Notes: generated by a model from the letters alone, not told the origin. Positions 1-11,972 are shown, counted from the stretch's first letter. The stretch is 26,736 nucleotides of DNA from Ginkgo biloba (GCA_024626585.2 JANKJI020000004.1:90427495-90454230), one strand, 5' to 3'. A program made the numbers and translations.

Positions 1-3000
1 TTTGATTAGTTAGAGAAAGGATGGAAAAAAAGTTAAGAGGATTAAAATCCCTACGATGAATACTTACAGAGTTGGAAGAGGAGGAATGAAGGTAAATATA
101 ATAATAACACCTTTAGTTGATATTAAGGAGATTGTGCACAGTAGTGGGAATGTGTAAAGCGATGACACCAAGGGAGAAAGGCAATGGAGTAGTGGAGTTG
201 ATTAAGAGGACTCTTATAGAACCTATGGAANNNNNNNNNNNNNNNNCTACATAATATCCTATAAGAAATGATGAAGATATTACCTAAGATATGAATTAGA
301 GGATGGCAAGAATGAACAGGATTTAGTGGAGAGGATTCTCGATGAGCCCATGGAAGGGTATAATGAAGAGGAATTATAGATAATCCCATGTGAACCTAAG
401 GTAGAATATAATAAAGTATTAGATGAGGAGGAGTCAATAAGGAATGTGTCAACAAGTATAGATAAGATAGTAGAGGATTCACTTAAGGAGTTCTTGAAGG
501 ATCCCATGTAAGGGAATAAATATAAATAGTATCATGGATAATTCATCGATGTGGTGGAAGTTAAGGAGCTAGTGATAGTTCTATTTGAGGAGGAATAAGA
601 AGTGATTTGATGTGATATGAAACTATAGGACCAAGAGAGTAAAGATGAGTCTGTGAAAATATGGCCTAAGGAGCCCATGGAAGGATGAGATGAGGAGGAA
701 AATGGTAAGGTTCTATGTGAGGAAAAAATAAATAATAAAGAGAGTGCAATAGAAGAGTGTCTTATAAATGAGGATCTGGATGAAAAATAGGTTGATGAGT
801 TATCAAATAAACCCATACAAGGGTGAAGTGAAGAGGAGTGTATAAGGTCTTGAGTGAAGAATAGAGTAAGGTCTCTTATAAGGGATAGGGAGAAGAAGAG
901 ATATCAATAGTAGCATGCAAATCCCCATAGACAAAGAAGGAAGAGGAAGAAATATATAATTTTCTAGGTGATCCCACACTAGGGTATGAAATAGTAAATT
1001 GTTTGAAAGGACTAAGAGGAGACTTTAGGTGAAGAGCTAAAGGAAGAACTAATGGTCTCAGAAACTAGACTAAAGTTTTACTTTATGATTGATGTGGTGG
1101 AAGATAGAGTAAGTGAATCAAATATGTTTTATTCACCTAAGGTGAATATTATCGGTGAGTATAAAGTGACACCCTCTGATGATGCCACAAAGTAGAAAGG
1201 TGATGAAGTGATTGCAAACATAGAATATAAGAAAGAAGATGAGGATTGACCAATAAATGAGTAAGGATGGTCAGTCAATGACCAAAGGTGGATAACAAAC
1301 AATGAGAGGTGGTTAATAGAAGATTAAAAAAATTTAGAGGGGAAAACTAGAGGGGGTTTATAAAGAATGATAAAGGATATGGATAATATATCATCAGAGG
1401 ATAAAATAAAAGAGAAAGAAAAAATTATGGGATATAATGATAGCATGAGGAGTCCTCATGGGAAGGAGGCATTAGAAATGGAAATGAAGGTGATCACAGA
1501 GGATCATGTGTATGAGGATGATCTTAGTAGGGAGGATCGATAGATGAATTAATTTGAGGCCAAAGGAATGGCAATGATATAGGTAGAGTTTATGCATGAT
1601 GACACTATGGATGTCATCGATAACTAGGGAGAAAGTAAATAGGTATTGGAAATTAATGTAGCAATAGAAGTGGTAAGTAGAGACACACTCGAATAATAAG
1701 AGAACACATGCAATTAGGATGAGTTATAAAAGGTTGAAGATAAAGGGTTGTGTGTATCCTTTATTAATAAAAGAAGAAGGAATTTTTAGATTATAATAGA
1801 TAAGATAAACTAATTAGGAAATTAACCTAAAGAGAGATTGTATAGAGATAGAAGGACGATAGCAACAAAGATAACAAAAATAATAAAAAATATCTATAAT
1901 TGATAGGTGGTGAACCAATGACCAAGGAAATGAAAAAATGGCCCAAAGGAGTTAATGAAATGTATCATAGTGAGATAAAAAAGAGACTTGAAAGGGTCAT
2001 ATTTTTTTTATGAATTTATAGGTGGAATTTATAGACTACAAATATCTCTATAGAAGGAGACAATGGTGTGGCCAATCTTGACAGTGAGTAGGAAAAATAA
2101 AAGGAGGATACAAAGGTTAGTAATAAGGACCATCGGTTGGAAGGTTATGTGGAGAGACATTTATGGATGAAAATTGGTATCCCAATGGAGATAGAAAAGT
2201 GGGTCACATTTGAAGAGAGTATGAAGGCCTAGGGTAAATAAGGGTTTTATAGATATAAAGGTAGAACCCTAAGAAAATCCTTGACAAGGAAGGAAGGAAA
2301 TAACTATGAAAGTATAATGGAGGAAGTAGAGATGGAGGTGTTAAAGGTACTCATGAGTGAGAGTGATGGACACAAGACAATATCATCAATGGAGCATCGA
2401 TAATGGGATATATATAAGAAAGAGACATCAGAGGATCATTGGGGATTAGTGAAAGAAAAGGTAGAGAATCATATGGGAATGAGTGGCCAAAATTTTCTAG
2501 TGGACTGTAAATAAATAACCATGAGAAAAATGTATCAGGACCACAAATGGACCAACAAAGTTAGTTGAATAGAAAAAAAAATCATAGGAATGGAGGAAAG
2601 GGCATGAGTAGGAACTCATGTTAAAATTTAATAATAAATCCATGATTATGCAAGATCATCCCTACCATTTGGATCATTGATGATAATGGTTGATGATATA
2701 TTAATGAATGATAATCGATGAAGAGATAACATTACAATGAACTAATAAGTGATTCTGAACAAGCAGGCTTGAGGTGATTGTAAACAAAACCAAAGAAATT
2801 ATAGAAGAGGAATTCAAAAATGATGGTAGAAGGAGAATCCATTTTTAGGCATAGACAAATAATGACGAGGGAAATAAACTCACTACAAGAAGGGAATATT
2901 CTTAATGAAAGAAGAAGAGAATCAATAAGAGACTGGTATATTAGTGTGAATAACATAGGAGGATGAGAATGGTGACTAAAAGCAAGGGTTGACGATGAAG

Positions 3001-3833
3001 TCAAAGAGAACAAAAGGCTTAAGGGAGCATGAGGAAGAGGAGAAAGTTATAATTAGGAAAGGTTAGAGAGACCAATTTCTATAGAAGATAGAGAATCGAT
3101 AACTACAATAGAAAGAATGAAGGAGGTTGAGACAAGAAGGATGTAGAGAACTTAGAAGATGTAAGGATAGTGATGGTCATAGATGATAGCCATAAAGATA
3201 AAAATTATAGTAAAAAATTGATAAAATGAAGAAGGATGACATAGGTGGATGGTAGCAGTAACATAGAGGAAGATTGACAATATAAAAGAGAAGGAGATAG
3301 TGGATTGACAATAGATGGTAGAGAATAATTGAGTGAGAGATATATAGAGAAAGATAATTAGGAGAGCACTCAGGATAGTTGAAGGAAATCCACAATGAGG
3401 AGAAAAGACCTAAGAAAGAGATAATAGATGGTGGGACACCCATGAATAAGAGAAGAAGGTGTTAGATGGGAGCATCACTAGAAAATTACTTCACCTAAAT
3501 ACATAATTAAGGTCAGTATTCAATTACCACCAACTTAGATCTAGAGTGAGAGAGTTAGATGAAATTCAAAAGAAAGGGAGGAGAAACATTCTATATGCAA
3601 GTAGAGATTGAGGGAAAAAATTAAATTATCCACCAATTAGATCTTGGAGAATATGTAATTGTAGGTGATGAAAATATCTATACAACCTTGGTAGAAATGG
3701 AGAGAAGCAAGGCAATGGGCATAGTTGGTAAAGGAATGGTTGAAAGGCCTAACTAGGAGGAAGCTCAAGGAGAGAAACGAGAAGATCATCAAATGTGAGT
3801 CATACTATAGAATATAGAGCATTAGAACACCAA
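1..3833 (+). mobile_element. Family E: purine-rich retroelement region containing a decayed Glu/Asp/Lys-rich ORF
   Basis: Strong A/G bias on +. Frame +2 reads protein-like from ~344 to ~1900 with scattered stops (EPMEGYNEEEL*IIPCE...; EETLGEELKEELMVSETRLKFYFMIDVVEDRVSESNMFYSPKVNI). 286-1151 recurs inverted at 24142-24993, and a diverged copy lies at 25493-26736. Confidence 0.65.
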
Positions 3834-4111
3834 TGGGGAGGAAGTTGTGAGTAGTAGAGAGTGATATTAGAGGAAGAAGGATAGTAGATGATTAAACATA
3901 AGACAATCAAGGATGAAGATATGGATTATTTAGTGAAAATTATTTAAGGTAAGAGCCCTTGTAATTCTGTAGACATACCCTTATGGACTTTATTAGAAGA
4001 ATATATTTGTAATAAATTCATTGGGATAAATCTAATGAAATATTTGGATGTAATAAAATATTCGTATTCCCTATAGTGATCTTAGTGCTTTTATTATTAA
4101 TGTGCATTACA
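3834..4111 (+). mobile_element. Candidate PPT plus 3' LTR (or R/U5 end of a longer LTR) terminating family E
   Basis: Purine tract GGGGAGGAAG (3835-3844) followed by TGTGA at 3846. TATA-like TATTTAAG at 3941, AATAAA at 4011 and 4052, end ...TGTGCATTACA at 4111. Composition switches from purine-rich to AT-rich here. No second copy is available to confirm. Confidence 0.4.
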
Positions 4112-4721
4112 CATGGAGNNNNNNNNNNNNNNNNNNNNNNNNNNNNNNNNNNNNNNNNNNNNNNNNNNNNNNNNNNNNNNNNNNNNNNNNNNNNNNNNNN
4201 NNNNNNNNNNNNNNNNNNNNNNNNNNNNNNNNNNNTCGTATTTTGAAATTAGTAGGATTTATATGATTCAAAGGATAGGGACAAGAGTGTGTAATAATTA
4301 ATTAAAAATGATGGTCATTAAAAATAGTAACACACAAAAGAATCTAAAGGTGATAAGAGATGGAATGTGATGGTGATCAATCACAGTGGAAAATAATGAT
4401 TGGTATAAGAGGCCTATGGGTGAAATTCAAATATAATGGGTTGCATGAAACCATNNNNNNNNNNNNNNNNNNNNNNNNNNNNNNNNNNNNNNNNNNNNNN
4501 NNNNNNNNNNNNNNNNNNNNNNNNNNNTTAGATTTAAATTTTAAATCTAGTATGGGAAGTTTGACTTTACTTTATAGTCTAGGATATAGACTACCCACTT
4601 AGTATATCTCTTATTCTAACTTTAACATAAGTAGTAGAGGATTGTTTTAGAGACCAAGAAATTATTGTATCTACCTTATCAATCCTAAACCAATTGTGGG
4701 CTTTTCATTAATAGGTAGAGG

Positions 4722-4737
4722 AAAAAAAAAAAAAAAA
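4722..4737 (+). repeat. A16 homopolymer
   Basis: 16 consecutive A. Confidence 0.9.
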
Positions 4738-5395
4738 CTTATTGAGCTAGTTTTANNNNNNNNNNAGAGGAAATAAATTTTAAAATCGCATTAAGTTGGA
4801 TTTATTAGGAAAAATATTACATTGGTATTTTTAAAAGATCATGAATCCTCCACCAAAATCTTTCATTTTATTATTTTGAAAGAATAGTAAAATAATATTT
4901 TTGGATTAATTATCTTCTTTAATATTATACCATTGCCAATTCTAAATTGTAGTGATCAATAGCTTCCCATGCTAAAGGATTAAATACAATATTATAGTGA
5001 AAGAATTCATGAGAAATTCTCCTATATTATTGATATATAACTTATTTCATGTATATTCATTCATTCATCTAGTAATAATACCTCATCTTGTGTCTTTTTC
5101 CTTTATTTCTTCTTGTGTTATTTTTATGACACTGATCTCATCATCTTGTAGATTTATATTCCATTGCTTACATTTGGAGCTTGTGTACACCTGAGTGGTT
5201 TTATCTTGGTTACTTGTATGGAATACTTTATGACCATTTTTTTCTAAGAGTTTAATCTTTCTATGTAATGATAAAGATCATATACTTATAATTTGNNNNN
5301 NNNNNNNNNNNNNNNNNNNNNNNNNNNNNNNNNNNNNNNNNNNNNNNNNNNNNNNNNNNNNNNNNNNNNNNNNNNNNNNNNNNNNNNNNNNNNNN

Positions 5396-6547
5396 TATTC
5401 ATGTTTACCCGGTGTTGCCTCTTCATCGATAATCTATACTTCTTACTTATTTGTATGCTCTGACTTTGGTTCCCTCAGTCAATGATTCTACTAGTTATCC
5501 TCTTAAGTGAAGGATGACTCATAGTTGGTTGTTTTCAATCCTCATCTTGATGCATGGTCCTAATGACCTTTCCATCCTTTCTTTCTTCTCCTAAGTTTCC
5601 TCACAAGTGATGGTCTACTCATGTATCCTTCTCTTTGTCTCAAATATTGCCTTCCTCTAGAACTATCTCATGATTAATAATATGATATAGAGTGCATGGT
5701 TGTCCATAATTTTCTCTTCTTCCTCCTTCTAACTTTTCCCCTTCTTCTTCTTCTTCTTCTGATTAGGCACTTATAAGTTCTTTCAAATTCTATGCACTTA
5801 CATTCTTGCTTAACATTATAGTTAGTGAACTAAATTAAGGCTCCCTAATGTCTTCTACCATTAATATACTACAATTACCATATTCCCCTTGGCATGGCCT
5901 CTTCCTTTGGGCTATTTGAAAGTTGTTGTGATAAATTCCTTCTTTATGGCTTCCTCCTACCTAAAGCATATATATTTTCCTTTGTGTGCCTTCTTCCTTT
6001 GGCCTCTATGTGTAATTCTCCTTCATTCTTTGATTCTAGAGTAGACATGCAACCATATTAGTCATTTGAGCCATTATAATTGATTTTTTCCTAAGGGTAT
6101 TTCAAATATATTTCATTTAAGAGGTGAGGGATTCCTGATCCTTTCTTGATTAACATACAATATCATACGCATGGTGCTACTATATTTATCTATTGTTTTA
6201 CAGTTGATGTATAGTTCTAACATGCCTTGTGTCATCTAATACTCCTCTCGATGATCTTTTTCTAGTTGTTACTTTTCTTGGGTGGATCGCTAATTCATAG
6301 TCCAAGACACCGAAAACCTCCATGACATTGTATTTCATAATCTTTTGGGGTTCGCAGCTTCAAGCCATGCTTTGGGCTTCTTATTCCAAATCCTCAAATT
6401 CCAAAAACCTAATATCCTCCTTGGATTACTTTTAATTGAGTCCCCATCAATGAATTTGGATTTCTTGTTAGGTCTGTGGGGTATGTGGACACTACATGGC
6501 CCATCGATCCTTTTCAATTCCAAACTATCAACTTTTCTTACCTTTAG
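5396..6547 (-). repeat. Repeat A copy (CRM-type LTR-like sequence), bounded by gaps
   Basis: Reverse complement aligns with 20715-21716 and 22946-23560. Includes the family's (CTT)n tract at 5741-5760. Confidence 0.85.
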
Positions 6548-6650
6548 NNNNNNNNNNNNNNNNNNNNNNNNNNNNNNNNNNNNNNNNNNNNNNNNNNNNN
6601 NNNNNNNNNNNNNNNNNNNNNNNNNNNNNNNNNNNNNNNNNNNNNNNAAG

Positions 6651-7750
6651 ATTACTTGATGAATAGAAGTCTGAAAAAAATAATATGGGGTAAAATCCAT
6701 GAGGAGATTTGGGTTATAAATAAGCCTATGATAAGTCAGGTGAATTTTTTTGGATGTACTCTGTATATGCATTCACCAAAAGAGAAATATAAAAAATTTG
6801 ATGATAAAAGTTCCAAGTGTATCCTAATGGAAAATTCAAAAGAAAGAAAATCTTATTGGGTATTCAAGTTGAAGACCATGAAATGTATAGATAACTTATG
6901 TTGTCATCTTCAATGAATATTATAAAGAAATGAATTTGGATTTTAGTGAATAATATGCAGATGGTTAAGGAGTAGCTAGAATATAGTTCTTCAAGAGAGG
7001 TGAAACAACTGAAAGTGCTTGAGGAACTAGAACAAATAATACCGATAGTGGCAACTAAGTTTGTTGGTGATGATAGCTTAATTATATAAAACTTAAAGAA
7101 AGGTTTGTAGAGAAACTTTAAAATGACAAATATGGGATTACTTCATTACCATTTGGGTGTGGAAGTATGGAAGAGTCCTAAAAATATCTTCATGTTGAAT
7201 TTGAAATACATCTCGGAGGTTTTAAAAAGATTTAGAATGGAAGATTGCAAGCCTGCATATACCCCTATGGAAACTAGAATGGAACTTTAAGTGTATGATG
7301 ATGGTGTATAGATTGATGGCATAAGGTATATATAGTTGGTTGGAAGTCTAATCTATCTCNNNNNNNNNNNNNNNNNNNNNNNNNNNNNNNNNNNNNNNNN
7401 NNNNNNNNNNNNNNNNNNNNNNNNNNNNNNNNNNNNNNNNNNNNNNNNNNNNNNNNNNNNNNNNNNNNNNNNNNNNNNNNNNNATGGACTTGAGTTCATC
7501 CAAAATGATAACTTTAAGTTGGAAGGATATAGAGATTGACATTAAGAAGGATGTACTAACAAAAGGAGATATACATTTGGTTACTCTTTTAGTTAATAAT
7601 CAGCTACAGTCACATGGAACAATAAGAAGAAATTCGTCATTCCTCTATCCTTAATAGAAGTTGAATACAAAGATACAATCGTAGATCTTTCTGAAGCCAT
7701 CTAGTTAAGATATATGCTTGGTGATATGGAACTTTATCAAGAAGAAGTGT
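6651..7750 (+). pseudogene. pol: Ty1/Copia pol remnant: integrase C-terminus/SH3-like region, RT C-terminus, RNase H N-terminus
   Basis: YLMNRSLKKIIWGKIHEEIW..KPMISQVNFFGC..Y.H.PKEK.KKFDDKS.KC (INT). From 7060: FKMTNMGLLHYHLGVEV...KYISEVLKRFRMEDCKPAYTPME...Y.*LVGSLIYL (RT). From ~7486: LEGYRD*H*EGC...RRYTFGYSFS...VTWNNKKK..IPLSLIEVEY...EAI*LR (RNase H). INT-RT-RH order is diagnostic of Copia. Many stops. Confidence 0.95.
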
Positions 7751-7852
7751 NNNNNNNNNNNNNNNNNNNNNNNNNNNNNNNNNNNNNNNNNNNNNNNNNN
7801 NNNNNNNNNNNNNNNNNNNNNNNNNNNNNNNNNNNNNNNNNNNNNNNNNNAA

Positions 7853-9497
7853 TGGGTAGCTAGGAGATTCGATGCTAATAGAAGGAATGTGCATGCACCT
7901 GGTGACCAAGTATTTTGTGCCCTAACCCCTGATACCTTCCAGAAAATTTTAGGGTTAGTCATGAAAAAATAATCCTTCTGGTTTGATAAAGAAGATAAAT
8001 TATATTAGCATCATCCCCAAGTTGAAAAATTAGTAAATTTGTGGCCTAGTGATCTGGTTATAAACCCTGTTCCTAAGTCTATATATGAAAATAGTAAGCT
8101 ATATGAAGAATACAAGAAGATTATAGCCTTGTTGAGTTGATTTTTTAGGTAAAAAGACACTACAAATATGTATCACTATATGATATACTTGATATATAAA
8201 GTTAATAAGATAGGAAGAAGGTTTGATTAAGCTAAAGTTATTAGTAATACAATGATAAAGGAATTGATTAAGATTCCTAGGATAGATGGAAGTAGTCCAC
8301 ACTAAGGTTTCCTAGAGATGGAATAAAGATATTTTCTATTATTTTCCTATTAGAATTAGAAGATTCGTAGTTAGCAATATTGGCCAAGCCAAATATCACA
8401 CCAAGGAAATCTTGAGTTATAAGTTTGAAGAGGATGGTGTGAGAAAATATGATCTCGACAATTTTTTTTCAAAACATTATAGGGTTTAGATGTATCATGT
8501 GGTAGAACTAGAGATAAATATCATAATCTAATTGATTAAGATTGGATGGAATGCAAGCAAAGAGGGAGTATAATACCTCCAAGTAGCCCTAAATTCATAA
8601 CCATCCAAATCAAGTGAAGAAGAATAAGAATAGGAAGAGACTTGGTTACATTCTGATAATAAAATGAATCATAACAATGAAGGAGGGAAGATGCTCAAAC
8701 CCCTCTTTCTATTGAAATAAGAGGACAAGTCTAAAAAAATGTCAGATTAGAACAAGTTTAGGTGAAAAAATTTGTCCGAAGTTGGCACGGTGCTGTTGGA
8801 GTAGGAGGGGATGATGAGGGAAATGACCCTAGTAAAAATGAAAAGTGAAAGAGACCTCGTAAAGAGGAGGTGATCCCCACTAAAAGTAAGAAGACTCCCT
8901 GAACCTAAAATATAATAACCTCTATAGATTCATCAATAAAATCTAAATATACAACTCATTTTACCTCATTTATTATTCTATTAGATTCATATTAGCTAAG
9001 TTCCGAATAGAGGATAATCAATGTAGATTTAGATGAAGAAGAGGTTCCTCAAGGGGAATCAATCCTGAATCCTTGGATGATAAAATTAATGAATTCATAA
9101 TTGGGATCCAGTGAAAAAAGAAATTTTACTATGCTAGACTTTAGTAAGAAACATGATTCATTTGCTTTAGATCCTAAAAAGAGAATATTCAAGGTGTGAT
9201 CCATGAGACCAAGGTCTTCAAAGGACAAGATGATGGTAGCTCCTACCGATATAATTATATAGGAAGTTGAGCTAGATATTGGGAAATTAATAACTTAAGA
9301 GGCTGAAAAATTTTACAAAGTCTCATTAAAGGATTTTTAATTGAAAATTGATTAATTAACATTAGAGAATTATCATTTAAAAGAGAAAAATATTACCCTA
9401 GAATCGAGGATAAAGGAATATGATTTTTCTTTTTCTTCTCCTATTTTGGTACCACCAATTCAAGCTACTGAGCCATCCACTGATATAAAATTATAGA
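7853..9497 (+). pseudogene. Decayed accessory ORF of probable retroelement origin (globular N-part, acidic linker, C-terminal coiled coil)
   Basis: WVARRFDANRR...FCALTPDTFQKILGL...EEYKKIIALLS*FFR*KDTTNMYHYMIYLIY...RRFD*AKVISNTMIKEL. After a frameshift (~8325): FPIRIRRFVVSNIGQAKYHTKEILSYKFEEDGVRKYDLDNFFSKHY. At 9341: heptad LKID*LTLENYHLKEKNITLESRIKEY. No gag or pol motifs. Confidence 0.6.
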
Positions 9498-9597
9498 NNN
9501 NNNNNNNNNNNNNNNNNNNNNNNNNNNNNNNNNNNNNNNNNNNNNNNNNNNNNNNNNNNNNNNNNNNNNNNNNNNNNNNNNNNNNNNNNNNNNNNNN

Positions 9598-10393
9598 TAA
9601 CCATGCATTATCTATCATTTTGATTTTACCCATATCGCACATTATATATTTCATAATAATATTGATCATAATTAATCACACAAATTTCTAAACGGAACAT
9701 AAAGTTTCTTCTATTTCCTAATATTTTGGATATAATGAATTATTGCTTATAAGACAAGAGGTTCATGCCATAGAAACTAAAACCTATACAATTCTAACAA
9801 TAAGAGTTANNNNNNNNNNNNNNNNNNNNNNNNNNNNNNNNNNNNNNNNNNNNNNNNNNNNNNNNNNNNNNNNNNNNNNNNNTAATATGATCATTAGGAA
9901 TTTTGTGTATGATATATAGAAGAAAGGATTAAATCTCCTCTACTCATACTAGATGAAGCAGTTGATGATCTGCACGTGGGCAGCGATAGCGTTGTTTCAA
10001 TTATAAAATATGTGGTTGATGATATTGGAGAGGCAATTAGTGCAATTATAATGAGAGATGAACTACGTATAGGTCATCTGCCATAGGGAGTGGGTGCTCC
10101 TCTTATTCTAGAATTAGAGGTCTTGTAGTCATAATTGATAAAGGTAGTATTTTTTCCTCATATCAAGGTGTCTCTTCAAAAAATTAAATTATATCCATAC
10201 ATAATGTAAGATTATAGACAATGTGTATAACTTACATTTGTTTATTAAAATCCCTTGAGGGTTTTAACCCTAAAATCAGAAAAAACGCAGTTGTGAAAAG
10301 ACCTCTCATGCTAATAATTATTTTCAATACATAATAATGCAATACCCATAGCCACTAATTTCCAACATCTCATCTTCTCCCTTCAAATGTAGA
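9598..10393 (+). repeat. Segment B: shared upstream flank of repeat A1 copies
   Basis: Collinear with the reverse complement of 19255-20050 (e.g. caaatttctaaacggaacataaagtttctt; aggtcttgtagtcataa). Its 3' ~200 bp also matches 20235-20442. Confidence 0.8.
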
Positions 10394-11490
10394 TGATGAA
10401 TAAGGACATTCGTACATCACTGGTGGTAGTGTAGTATGGATAAAATTTTAGTAGAGGTTTAAGTGCCAAAATTTTAATGTTAGAGGTTCAAATTTTTGTC
10501 ATCGATAGTAGCACTTGATGTCATATTGATCCAAGAAGGGAACAAAGCCTAGTTTTAGATTTTTAAGGTATGAATGATGCATGTGAGTCTATATGTTGAT
10601 CAAATAAGGATTAGGAATCCCTAACCTCTTAAATGAAGTAGTTTTGAAATACCCTTAGGAAAAAATCAACTATAATGGCTCAGATGATGAATGTGGTTAC
10701 ATATCTACTTTTGAATTAGAGAACGGAAGATAATTACACATAGAGGCTAAAGGAAGTAGGCACAAAAAGGAAAATATATGCATTATAGGTAGGAGGAAGC
10801 TGTAAAGAAGGAATTTATTATAAAAACTATTATATGTACCAAAGGAAGAGTCCATGCCAAGGGGAATATGGATGCTACAGTGTCTTAATGGAAAGAGACA
10901 CTAGGAAGCCTTAATGTAGTTCACCAACTAGAACATTAAGTGAGAATGTTAGTGCCTGGAATATGAAAGAAATTATAAGTTCATAATCATAAGAAGAAGA
11001 ACACAGGGGGAGGGGGTTTTGGAGGGATGAAGGAGAAGTGAAAGAGGAGTTATAAAGAGGAAGTAAAAAAAATTTTGGAGAACAAAGTACTTTGGATTAG
11101 ATTGTCAATCATTAGATAGTTCTAGAGGAACAAAAGATTTGAGACAGAGAGAAGGATACACTAGTATACTACCACCTGAGAGAAAACATGGAAGAAGGAA
11201 GAAAGGATGAAAAGGTTGAGAGGAATATGCATCAAGATGAGGAATGTAAATAACCAACTATGAGGCAACATTCACTCAAGAGGAGAACTTGTAGAATTTC
11301 CAATTGAGGCAGCTAGATTGAGAGGATGAGAAGCAAGTGAGAAGTGTAGATCATCGACGAAGAGACAACACAAGGTAAAAATGAAGAGAATCACATAATT
11401 GTATTGGCTTGAGGATATGAATATGTATCCGTTTGTTTGAAATTTTCCAAGAGAACACAATATATTTATAAACTAAAACCTAGTGGGGAG
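10394..11490 (+). repeat. Repeat A copy (A1 type), starts TGATG, with ~460-bp internal deletion near 10577
   Basis: Aligns to 20443-20620, then jumps to 21085-21716 and 22946-23660. Confidence 0.85.
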
Positions 11491-11591
11491 CTAAAGTATT
11501 ATGTAAACATAATCCTAATCTAATATAAAATTACATACATATTCCTCACATTCTAATCTAAAGTACTATGTAAACATAATTCTAATCTAAT
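11491..11591 (+). repeat. 34-bp direct repeat, 67-bp period
   Basis: ctaaagtattatgtaaacataatcctaatctaat (11491-11524) vs ctaaagtactatgtaaacataattctaatctaat (11558-11591): 2 mismatches. Confidence 0.9.
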
Positions 11592-11972
11592 GCCTTATGA
11601 AAAAATTATTGGTAGGAAAAAAGGTAATATCTTACCTTTTCTTAAGAAAATTTAAATTTAAAAAAATATAAGTTTATAGGAGGAATTCCTAATAAGAAGC
11701 TAGTACAATCCATGGGCACTACATCATAAGTAACCTCATCAATGAAATACTTAGTGATCATAAATATAAAAGTACACTATTTTTTAACTCAATCACTCTC
11801 CTCCCAACTTTTTCCACTAATCTCATAAGAATTATGACACTGCTTGTGGTCTAATCCCAACTCGTTGACTAANNNNNNNNNNNNNNNNNNNNNNNNNNNN
11901 NNNNNNNNNNNNNNNNNNNNNNNNNNNNNNNNNNNNNNNNNNNNNNNNNNNNNNNNNNNNNNNNNNNNNNNN

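Noticed and set aside
123-816. Ser/Leu-rich minus-strand ORFs (and their equivalents at 24314-25036 on plus)
   Set aside because: Antisense shadows of the purine-rich family E frame; no independent gene evidence.
4722-4737. Poly(A) as a LINE/SINE or retrocopy tail
   Set aside because: No TSD, Pol III boxes or LINE ORF recognisable upstream.
4778-4836. Weak inverted similarity to 13553-13597
   Set aside because: Short, gapped and AT-rich; cannot be distinguished from chance by eye.
7751-7853. The accessory ORF as an env-like gene of the upstream Copia
   Set aside because: A 100-N gap separates them, and the Copia 3' end at 23788-24041 shows RNase H followed directly by PPT and LTR. Linkage is unsupported.
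11481-11490. tagtggggag as the PPT of repeat A
   Set aside because: Poorly conserved in the 23.65-kb copy (tagtgaggaa). Better PPT+TGATG junctions exist at 12806 and 17145.
11491-11591. CRISPR-like repeat-spacer-repeat (34/33/34 bp)
   Set aside because: Only two units, the spacer shares ctaat motifs with the repeat, there are no cas genes, and the context is plant transposable elements.
11619-11659. Chain of short hairpins/palindromes (aaaaggtaa-ttacctttt, ttttcttaagaaaa, aaatttaaattt)
   Set aside because: Short and very AT-rich, plausibly chance; not a terminator in a eukaryotic context.
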